This document shows, piece after piece, positions 10,043 to 17,531 of a DNA stretch of 64,000 nucleotides. A model generated the notes under the pieces. It was not told the origin of the DNA. It ran no database searches and saw only the letters and a list, made by a program, of their open reading frames with translations. This stretch comes from Armatimonadota bacterium (GTDB lineage Bacteria > Armatimonadota > Zipacnadia > Zipacnadales > UBA11051). The stretch is taken from assembly GCA_013178155.1 (NCBI GenBank), contig JABLXH010000018.1, forward strand, positions 2,702 to 66,701, written 5' to 3'. Made by a program: the position numbers and the translations under genes. The first letter of the stretch is position 1. Each line of letters opens with the position of its first letter.

Positions 10043-11349
10043 CAGATCGCCCTCCACCCCCCGCTCTTCATGGGAACCGCCGCCCCCACTCCGAAGGTGC
10101 GCCCGACGACCCGATAGAGCCCGTCCTCAAGGCTCTTCTGTACCTCATCCGCATAGTAGGCGTGCGCGAAGAAGTCTTCGGGCCGCGACCAATCCACCGA
10201 GTGGTCCTTAGGGTAGTCCCGTGGAAGAACCTGGCCTGGCTTCGGCTTGAGGCGATCCCAGAATGGCTCGCGGGCGCGTGCGGTGGCTACACATAGCTCA
10301 GCCACGTCCAGAGGCAGCTCGCGAAACCAGATGATGGCTTGGCCCCCCATCTCAATCAGCGCCCACTGCTGGGGTGTGATCAGGGCACAAAGGCGGTCCC
10401 GAAGCGGGATCCAGCCGCGCATGGGGTCGGCCAGGTCAACGCCCTGAGCCTGCACCTCCGCCACCCGGGCATCGGCGCCGCGCATGGCCCGATCCAGCCA
10501 CATGTGAGCGCCCATGGAGATGCAACCTTCTTCGGGTGGGCCGTCTATCACAGCGGGAAGAGCCGCCGCTACCTGCTGGATGCCGCGCGCAGGATCACCG
10601 CCCGTCATGCGGCCTACCAGCTTCCAGTCGCGGAGGCGCCCATCCACGGCGACCCGGCGGTTCAGGTGCGTGACGCCCCCGTCGGAGGGGTACCGGGCAG
10701 GGCGGAAGTGGTCAAGCACTGTGTCTATGGGCGTCGGTTCGGGGACCTCGAGGGCCTCCGCCGCGTCCTGCGCGGACGCCTCGACGCCGGCGATAGCCTG
10801 CGGCACCTCGGGTCGCTCCCGCGGGGGCATCAGGGCCGGCCAGCAGACAACCGCGCCGTGGGCGTAGCCCCAGTCGTAGCCGTAGGTCTCGAGAAGCTGG
10901 TCAAGTGCCTGCCAGAGAGGGACGTCACGCACCGTGAGTTGAGCCACCCTGTCCGCGCTCTCGCCGCGGACGCCGGCCAGCCAGAGCCGGTTGGTCTGGC
11001 CCATCAGCGCCTTCAGCGCTTCCACGACGGTACCGCTGACTTCGACCGACACGGGTTCCTCTAGCAGCGCGCGAGGGGCAGGCGGCACGTCGCTGGCGGG
11101 GTGGGCGTGCGGGCCACGCTTTGGGATGTCGGTGCGTTCGAGGCAGTAGGAGACCTCAGCATCAGTCATAGGCCTATCGAGGAAGCGTGGCGGCCGTGGC
11201 ATCCACAGAGGCAGCTCTTCCTCACCCACCAGGCCCAGTGTTGGCAGTGTCTGGGCCCCAGCCACGCCCCAGGCGATGAGAAAGATGCCCAAAGTCAATG
11301 TCGCAGGGCAGGCAGAGTGAATGCCGAATAGCCACCTTCGTAGTCTCAC
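10042..11349 (-). CDS. hypothetical exported protein (435 aa), first gene of a three-gene minus-strand operon
   Basis: GTG start 7 nt downstream of AGGAGG. Signal-peptide-like 'RLRRWLFGIHSACPATLTLGIFLIAWGVAGAQ'. No recognisable family. Confidence 0.65.
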   Translation of the reverse strand: MRLRRWLFGIHSACPATLTLGIFLIAWGVAGAQTLPTLGLVGEEELPLWMPRPPRFLDRPMTDAEVSYCLERTDIPKRGPHAHPASDVPPAPRALLEEPVSVEVSGTVVEALKALMGQTNRLWLAGVRGESADRVAQLTVRDVPLWQALDQLLETYGYDWGYAHGAVVCWPALMPPRERPEVPQAIAGVEASAQDAAEALEVPEPTPIDTVLDHFRPARYPSDGGVTHLNRRVAVDGRLRDWKLVGRMTGGDPARGIQQVAAALPAVIDGPPEEGCISMGAHMWLDRAMRGADARVAEVQAQGVDLADPMRGWIPLRDRLCALITPQQWALIEMGGQAIIWFRELPLDVAELCVATARAREPFWDRLKPKPGQVLPRDYPKDHSVDWSRPEDFFAHAYYADEVQKSLEDGLYRVVGRTFGVGAAVPMKSGGWRAI

Positions 11350-11454
11350 GAAGATACCTCCTTCCCATTCGCTCACCGAAGCCCTCCCAGGCACGCACCG
11401 GACTTGGGGCCCGCCTGGAAGGGCATACTCGGTGACAGTGCAAGATCACTCACG

Positions 11455-12003
11455 CTATTGGCCTAGTAATATGACCTGCTTGGTGAAAGTACAGTCAGTG
11501 TCATCGGCAGATCCGTGGACCTGGTTTCCGGGGATGCCCATGGGGCCAAGGGCTTGGTCACTCCAGAGTGGAGCGAAGTTGGCCCACAGTTGGTTGCCGG
11601 TGTCATTGAGTGAGCGTAGATACACGGTATAGAGCCTGGACGTGGCCCAATCGTTGGCAGTCCCTGGAGTGATCGAACACTGCCAGGTTCCCGGTACTTC
11701 CTGCGCCGTGACCCAACCTGTAAGCTTTATGGTGTCATCGTGCAAAGAGCTCCCGCCGTATGGTGGAGGTGGAGGCGGGGGAGCGGCGGGTGTGAACGTG
11801 TCCTTGTCGCTGATCGTGTAGTACAAGCTGTCCTCGTCGCTGGGGTACACCCATAGGATCACCGTCGGATAGGCCCTGGCCTGTGTCATGTAGACGTTTA
11901 TCTCTGGCGCGGGGTCCATGGTGACATCGGCGACAGCGACGGCGAGGGGGAAAACGACGAGTAGAGCCCCGACCAAGGCTGTGCCGTTCAGCATTCGCAA
12001 CAT
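11455..12003 (-). CDS. small secreted hypothetical protein with poly-proline stretch
   Basis: Signal peptide 'MLRMLNGTALVGALLVVFPLAVAVA' and 'PAAPPPPPPPYGG'. Confidence 0.6.
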   Translation of the reverse strand: MLRMLNGTALVGALLVVFPLAVAVADVTMDPAPEINVYMTQARAYPTVILWVYPSDEDSLYYTISDKDTFTPAAPPPPPPPYGGSSLHDDTIKLTGWVTAQEVPGTWQCSITPGTANDWATSRLYTVYLRSLNDTGNQLWANFAPLWSDQALGPMGIPGNQVHGSADDTDCTFTKQVILLGQ

Positions 12004-12119
12004 GGATCATCATCATCTCGCTCAAGCAGATGGTGGGCGACCCAACACAGCAGGGTGCGGATCACGACCCATCACGCGGCGGAGAGCGAGAACCTGTCGG
12101 TAACGTGTATGGGGTGGCG

Positions 12120-12185
12120 GGCGATGGCACGGCGATGGCACGGCGATGGCACGGCGATGGCACGGCGATGGCACGGCGATGGCGC
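12120..12185. repeat. tandem direct repeat, 11-bp unit GGCGATGGCAC x6 (last copy GGCGATGGCGC)
   Basis: Seen directly in the sequence. It lies in the 347-bp intergenic region upstream of the 11455..12003 gene (minus strand) and downstream of the beta-helix gene. Confidence 0.9.
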
Positions 12186-12350
12186 ACGCCGACGGGGGAA
12201 CGGAGGTAACCGGAAACGTAACTCATGCAGCCCATCCCTTCGCCACCAGCTCACGAACGGACCACAGGCGCTGCACTGCGTCACGGCGACACGTAGCTAC
12301 GATACTCCATCGGACCAATGCGTGTCAAGCGCATCTCGACGGCTGAGGGC

Positions 12351-15059
12351 TCACCCGGCGGGAGGCGCGAAGCGCACAAGTCCTGCGCCGGGTACATACC
12401 ACGTCTGGGCGCCCGTGCCACGCCACTCCACCCACGGGTCCGCGCCCTGCTTGCGTACGGAGAGGTTGAAGGGGTAGCGGACCCCCGGCCTGGGGGTGAA
12501 GCCCAGGGCGCTGAAGGGCACCCGGAGTTCGGCCACCCAGCGACTGCTGTCCACCACGCGGGCAGCGTACTGCACCCCCTCGCCGGCCCGCTTCACCACT
12601 TCCGGCGGGGCGCCGGCCTCGTCACTGGAAACGAAGGTACCCGTGGGGAAGCCGCGCAGGACCAGGATCGGGGCCTGCTCTCCCCACGCGGCGTCGCGGA
12701 TGGCAACCTCGACGGCGTCGCTGCTGCCCCAGGCGTCACCGATAGCCATGGGTGTGTCCGGGCTGACCTGGTTGTCGAAGGCCACGTAGAGGGCCTCGTC
12801 GTCCCAGGCGAGCCAGGCGCGGCTTAGAAGCCTCACCTTCTCGCCCTGCACACCCTCCTGCAGCAGCAGACCCTTCGACGGCTGGAGGCCGAACCACTCG
12901 GCGGCTTCCAGTTGGCCGTCAATGCTGATGGCGCCCAAGCGACGGGGGATGTCAAAGACCGGCGGGGGGCCAGCCTTGCGCACCGGCTTGGGCTTCGGCG
13001 CCGGGGGCCTGGGGTCCTTTCGCAGGGTGGAGACGACGGGCCACGAGGCGCGATCGGGACTCTCGTAGAGGCCAATGCGCCGGAAGGGGATGGGCCGGAA
13101 GCCGATCTTGTGAGCCGGGGAATCCGGGGCGAGGCGGAAGCCTGCGGGGGGCTGGACCGTGAGGCGGGGGTCTTCGTCAGTCAGGTTGTCCTCGACCTTG
13201 ACCAGCGGCTGCGCGAGGCCCTCGATCCAGCCCCAGGGGCCGCCCCAGCAGATGTTGCGGGCCACCACATTGCCCTTCGGGGCCAGCGGATCATCCTCGA
13301 GAATGCCCAGTAGCTCGGGGTACTTCACCGACCAGGGGGGCTTGGTGTAGTTGAGGTCATGCAATTCCTGTGTGGCGAACACACCTACCCCCTTGGCCCA
13401 CCCGAGGCCACGGGCGTCAATGCTGAAGGCCCGGCCGCAGTTGAGGAACAGGTTGTTTGTGATCAGGTTGTCCCGCCCGCCGCCGATGAGGATAGCTGTT
13501 GCGACATCGTAGAAGATATTGCTGGAGATGTCGGCCGAGGAGAAGCAGTCATCCAGGTAGACACCCATACAACCGCGGCCCTCGAAGCCGTGGATGTTGT
13601 GCAGGTAGTTGTAGCGGATCTTGTGGCCACGCATGGACCACGTCTCGTCGGGGGGCGAGGTGTAGATGGCGCCGGCGTCGTTGGATTGGAACACCGAGCT
13701 GTGGATCTCGTTGTACTCGATGGTCATGTCGTTGTGCGAGAAGCCGATGGCGATGTGGGGAACGTTGTCAATCAGGTTGTGAGTGGCGCGGTTGCCAACT
13801 CCGTAGAGGGCGATGCCCTGCTGGTAGACCGGATCCCAGCGCGACGTGTGGTGGATGTGGTTGTTGTCGGCATAGTGCCCGGCGGGCGTCAGGGTCTTAC
13901 GGTCGCCGCCCTCAAGGTGGATGCCGCCCTGGCCGGTCTGCGTGATGTCACAGCCGACCACACCGTGCTGCGTGCCGCCATAGACCTTCACGGCCCAGTT
14001 GCCCATGTTGCGGATGGTGCAGCCCACCACGCGCACGTTGCTTCCCCCCCGGATGATGAAGCCCTGGCCCCGTCCGGCTTCCACCGTCAGGCCCCGGAAG
14101 GTGACATGGGAGACGTCGGTCAGGCGGATCAGGTCGCGGACCACTGACACGACCGCCTTGCCCCTGGACAGCGGAGCGGGCGGCCAGAAGTAAAGGATGC
14201 CGGTGTCCCGGTCCAGGTACCACTCACCGGGGCTGTCCAGCTCGGGCAGGACGTTCTCGGCGTAAAACCACTGGCCGGTACGGATGCCGTAGCTGCGCGA
14301 GGTGGCATCGCCCAGGCTGATGGTCCTGGTCTCCGCGTCCACACTGAGCAGCGGCACACGCAGGTCGGCCCAGTCCCAGACCCAGAAGCCGTGGAGCCAG
14401 ATGTCCTTCTCGCTGGCCCAGGTGGCTGGACGCGGGTCCTCGCAGACGAACCTGGTGTTCGGTGTGGTGACGATGGACCCGGCAGGCTGCGGCTTGCCCT
14501 CGGCGTCCAGCGCGGCGGCGATCCGCATGTAGCCGGTGTTGGGGTAACGGGCCAGGGTCATCGGCTGGTCCCGAAAGAACAGCTCCAGACCGGGGTCGGA
14601 CTGGTAGGTCTGGGCACTGTTGATGCCCTGCAGGTCGGTGATGCCCAGGGCCTTCAGGTCGGCCTGGAAGACCTTGCCGCGGGCGAGGGGTGAGAGACGG
14701 CGGAGCACGGCGGGGTCACTGACGAGCCGCCAGCCGGTGACAGTGCGCCCACCCACGAGACGGACCTCCTGGCCCTCACGGGCACGGTACTCGATGGGCG
14801 CCTGCTCCGTCCCGGAGTCGGCTGCCCCGAACTCCAGCGGCTGCTTCAGCTCATACACTCCACCGGCGATCTCGACGGTGACCGGCCCGGTCTTCTGGAG
14901 ACTGCGCACCACGTCGCGAGCGCCCTCCAGCGTGGCGAGCGGCCGCGCCGCGGTACCGGGGTTGGTGTCTCTGCCGTTGGGGGCGACGTAGATGGTGGCG
15001 GCGGAGGCGGCGGATAAGGCACACGCGACGAACAGGCAGAGCAAGAGCGCCGGGTACAT
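12351..15059 (-). CDS. secreted right-handed parallel beta-helix repeat protein (pectate-lyase-fold; polysaccharide hydrolase/lyase candidate) with C-terminal beta-sandwich (CBM-like) domain
   Basis: ATG at 15057-15059 gives signal peptide 'MYPALLLCLFVACALSAASAATIY'. Repeated NxxH/beta-helix rungs ('NNHIHHT', 'THNLIDN', 'EYNEIH', 'ITNNLFLN'). It sits 35 nt downstream of the GH127 gene on the same strand. Confidence 0.8.
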   Translation of the reverse strand: MYPALLLCLFVACALSAASAATIYVAPNGRDTNPGTAARPLATLEGARDVVRSLQKTGPVTVEIAGGVYELKQPLEFGAADSGTEQAPIEYRAREGQEVRLVGGRTVTGWRLVSDPAVLRRLSPLARGKVFQADLKALGITDLQGINSAQTYQSDPGLELFFRDQPMTLARYPNTGYMRIAAALDAEGKPQPAGSIVTTPNTRFVCEDPRPATWASEKDIWLHGFWVWDWADLRVPLLSVDAETRTISLGDATSRSYGIRTGQWFYAENVLPELDSPGEWYLDRDTGILYFWPPAPLSRGKAVVSVVRDLIRLTDVSHVTFRGLTVEAGRGQGFIIRGGSNVRVVGCTIRNMGNWAVKVYGGTQHGVVGCDITQTGQGGIHLEGGDRKTLTPAGHYADNNHIHHTSRWDPVYQQGIALYGVGNRATHNLIDNVPHIAIGFSHNDMTIEYNEIHSSVFQSNDAGAIYTSPPDETWSMRGHKIRYNYLHNIHGFEGRGCMGVYLDDCFSSADISSNIFYDVATAILIGGGRDNLITNNLFLNCGRAFSIDARGLGWAKGVGVFATQELHDLNYTKPPWSVKYPELLGILEDDPLAPKGNVVARNICWGGPWGWIEGLAQPLVKVEDNLTDEDPRLTVQPPAGFRLAPDSPAHKIGFRPIPFRRIGLYESPDRASWPVVSTLRKDPRPPAPKPKPVRKAGPPPVFDIPRRLGAISIDGQLEAAEWFGLQPSKGLLLQEGVQGEKVRLLSRAWLAWDDEALYVAFDNQVSPDTPMAIGDAWGSSDAVEVAIRDAAWGEQAPILVLRGFPTGTFVSSDEAGAPPEVVKRAGEGVQYAARVVDSSRWVAELRVPFSALGFTPRPGVRYPFNLSVRKQGADPWVEWRGTGAQTWYVPGAGLVRFAPPAG

Positions 15060-15094
15060 GGGAGCACCCCTTTCGCAGATAGCCGTCTTACGCG

Positions 15095-16963
15095 CTACGT
15101 CTCCCGCAGCCACACCCGCATGGCGCCAGGCTCGCGGTTATCCCATGTGCAGTAGGGGATAGCCGTCAGGCGGGCGGGCTGCAAGGTGTCAGGAGTGGCG
15201 GAGTAGAGCTTCCCTTCCCAGTCACCGGGGACTTCCACCAGGCCTTCGGCCTCGATGACGGTCACTCCGCCCAGCAGGTCCGGCGCGTATCGCACGCTGC
15301 ACGTCGCATCTCGTGGCAGAACCACCCGGTGCAACGGCCAGGGATTGTCGGCGGCCTCGAGGCAGTACACCACCGGGCCGCGCTGCAGGGCCACGAGGCC
15401 GGCGTCAGCGCGGACGGCGGGGTGGGCGTAGACGCGCTGCACGGGCATGGGCAGCGTGAGCTCGATGACCTCATCGCCGGTCCACGTCCGGTCGAGGTGG
15501 AGGTAGCCCTGACGTGAGTTCGCCGCGATATCCACCGGCTCGCCGTCCACCGTCAACGTCGCGCCCGCGCACCAGTCCGGTAACCGCAGGTTCAGGGCGA
15601 AGGTGGCAGGTTCTGCCAGGCCGAGGGTCAGACGCACAGCGCCGTCCCAGGGATAGTCCGTCTGCTGCCGCAGAGTCGCGTCCTGTCCGGCCACCCGCAG
15701 CCTGCCCTCTCCCTGAACATACAGGTGCACGAAGACCCCATCATCCCCCAGGGAGTAGACGTAGCCGCCCAGCGACGCCAGCAAGCGGGCGATGTTGGGG
15801 GGGCAGCAGGCGCAGCCAAACCAGTCCTGGCGGTGGTGGTGGCCGGCGCTCTCCAGGGGGTTCTCGTAGAAGAAGCGCTTGCCGTCCAGGGACACACCAC
15901 TGATGGTCCCGTTGTAGAGCGCCCGCTCCATGACATCGGCATAGCGGCTGTCGGCGGTGAGCTGCAGCATGCGGTGGGCCCAGAAGACCAGGCCGATGGC
16001 GGCGCAGGTCTCGCAGTAGGCGGTGTCGTTGGGCAGGTCATAGTCTCTGGTGAAGCCCTCGTTGTGGCGAGTGGAGCCGATGCCGCCCGTCAGGTACATG
16101 TTCTTGAGTGTCAGGTGGTCCCAGAGCCGCTGGCAGGCGCGGAGAAGCCCCTCGTCTCCCGTCTCGCCGGCCACGTCCGCCATACCGCTATAGAGGTACA
16201 TCGCGCGGACGGCATGCCCCGTGACTTCGCTCTGCTCACGGACCGGTAGATGATCCTGACAGTAGGACGTGTCGAAGCTCTCGCCGGGGGCGAACTCGTG
16301 GGCGAACACCGACGGCTTCTGGCCACGCTGGTTGAGAAAGAACTCGCTCAAACGCAGGTAACGCTCCTCGCTGGTGGCGTGGTAGAGCTTGACGAGGGCC
16401 AGCTCGATCTCCTCATGGCCGCAGGTGCCGGAGCGGTGGCCCGGGCCCTCGCCGAAGACCGAGTCGATGTAGTCAGCATAGCGGGTCATCACGTCCAGGA
16501 GCGTGCGCTTGCCGGTGGCCTGATGGTGCGCCACGGCAGCCTCCATAAGATGTCCCGCACAGTAGAGCTCATGATGCACGTGCAGGTTGGCCCAGCGCTG
16601 CTCGGGGGCGACGACCGTGAAGTAGACGTTCAGGTAGCCGTCAGGCTGCTGAGCGCCAGCGATCTTGGCGATGACCTCGTCCAGCAGGGTGTCCAACTCC
16701 GGGTCCGGGTGAGTGGCGAGGGAGTACGAGGCGGCCTCGATCCACTTGGCGACATCAGAGTCCCAGAAGTAGTGTGGCACGGGCTCCATGCCCGGCTTCC
16801 AGGAGAGATCGAAGGCGTCAATCCGCCCCGTCTGCTGGAGCTGGGCATACTCCGCTGGAAGGGTCACGTCGCGGTTGGTGGCCAGGCGCGGCGCCCAGAA
16901 GCTATCGGTGATGCTTACGGCAGTGAAGGGAACGGGGCTGAGGCGGCGGGTCACAGCAGACAT
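15095..16963 (-). CDS. glycoside hydrolase family 127 (beta-L-arabinofuranosidase, HypBA1/DUF1680-like)
   Basis: Full-length similarity pattern to DUF1680/GH127, including the Cys-rich zinc site 'CETCAAIG ... FGCACCPPNIARL'. This is established knowledge of the GH127 family. Confidence 0.88.
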   Translation of the reverse strand: MSAVTRRLSPVPFTAVSITDSFWAPRLATNRDVTLPAEYAQLQQTGRIDAFDLSWKPGMEPVPHYFWDSDVAKWIEAASYSLATHPDPELDTLLDEVIAKIAGAQQPDGYLNVYFTVVAPEQRWANLHVHHELYCAGHLMEAAVAHHQATGKRTLLDVMTRYADYIDSVFGEGPGHRSGTCGHEEIELALVKLYHATSEERYLRLSEFFLNQRGQKPSVFAHEFAPGESFDTSYCQDHLPVREQSEVTGHAVRAMYLYSGMADVAGETGDEGLLRACQRLWDHLTLKNMYLTGGIGSTRHNEGFTRDYDLPNDTAYCETCAAIGLVFWAHRMLQLTADSRYADVMERALYNGTISGVSLDGKRFFYENPLESAGHHHRQDWFGCACCPPNIARLLASLGGYVYSLGDDGVFVHLYVQGEGRLRVAGQDATLRQQTDYPWDGAVRLTLGLAEPATFALNLRLPDWCAGATLTVDGEPVDIAANSRQGYLHLDRTWTGDEVIELTLPMPVQRVYAHPAVRADAGLVALQRGPVVYCLEAADNPWPLHRVVLPRDATCSVRYAPDLLGGVTVIEAEGLVEVPGDWEGKLYSATPDTLQPARLTAIPYCTWDNREPGAMRVWLRET

Positions 16964-17186
16964 CGTCCTCTCCCTGAGTGATACCTAACGTCTCTTGGCG
17001 CCGTTTTCGCCAAGATTCCCGCCGAACCTGCCTGCAGCCTGTGCTCACCCTTGACAGGAAGCGCAGCAGGGTCGTATATGTGTTATACAGCTATCCAACC
17101 AGCGAGCGAAGTGATACGGAATGCGACGCGGTCCATGTCCTCGGCACAGAGGCCAAGCCGGTCCCTGCTCGTGTGGCCTGGGCAGG

Positions 17187-17531
17187 ATGTCCCGGCTGGT
17201 CGAGCCAGTGCTGCTGGCCCTTCTGGCCGAAGGGCAAGCCACCTACGGCTACGAGCTGGTAGAGCATGCGAACCGCCAGGCTTTGACCGATTCTGAGATT
17301 GACACCGCGGTGGTCTACCGCACTCTGCGAACGCTGGAGGACGCCGGGTGTGTGGTGTCGCAGTGGCAGCCGGGTTCAGGTGGCCCGCACCGCCGGATGT
17401 ACCGCATCACTGACGTGGGGCGCCAGCATCTGAAAGACTGGCTGACGGTACTGGAGCGCCATGCCGAAGCGTTGCAGCGGTTCGTAGTGGGCCGGCGTTC
17501 AGCTTTGGAGGCACAGGGCGAGCTGGACTAG
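17187..17531 (+). CDS. PadR family transcriptional regulator
   Basis: Winged-helix PadR signature 'LALLAEGQATYGYELVEHANRQ...VYRTLRTLEDAGCVVSQWQ...RRMYRITDVGRQHL'. ATG at 17187. It is divergent from the GH127 operon. Confidence 0.8.
   Translation: MSRLVEPVLLALLAEGQATYGYELVEHANRQALTDSEIDTAVVYRTLRTLEDAGCVVSQWQPGSGGPHRRMYRITDVGRQHLKDWLTVLERHAEALQRFVVGRRSALEAQGELD

Noticed and set aside
12055-12477. 140-aa plus-strand ORF spanning the 11-bp tandem repeat ('MARRWHGDGTAMARRWHGDG...')
   Set aside because: The unit length is not divisible by 3 and the translation is low-complexity with no start context. It is treated as a non-coding repeat.
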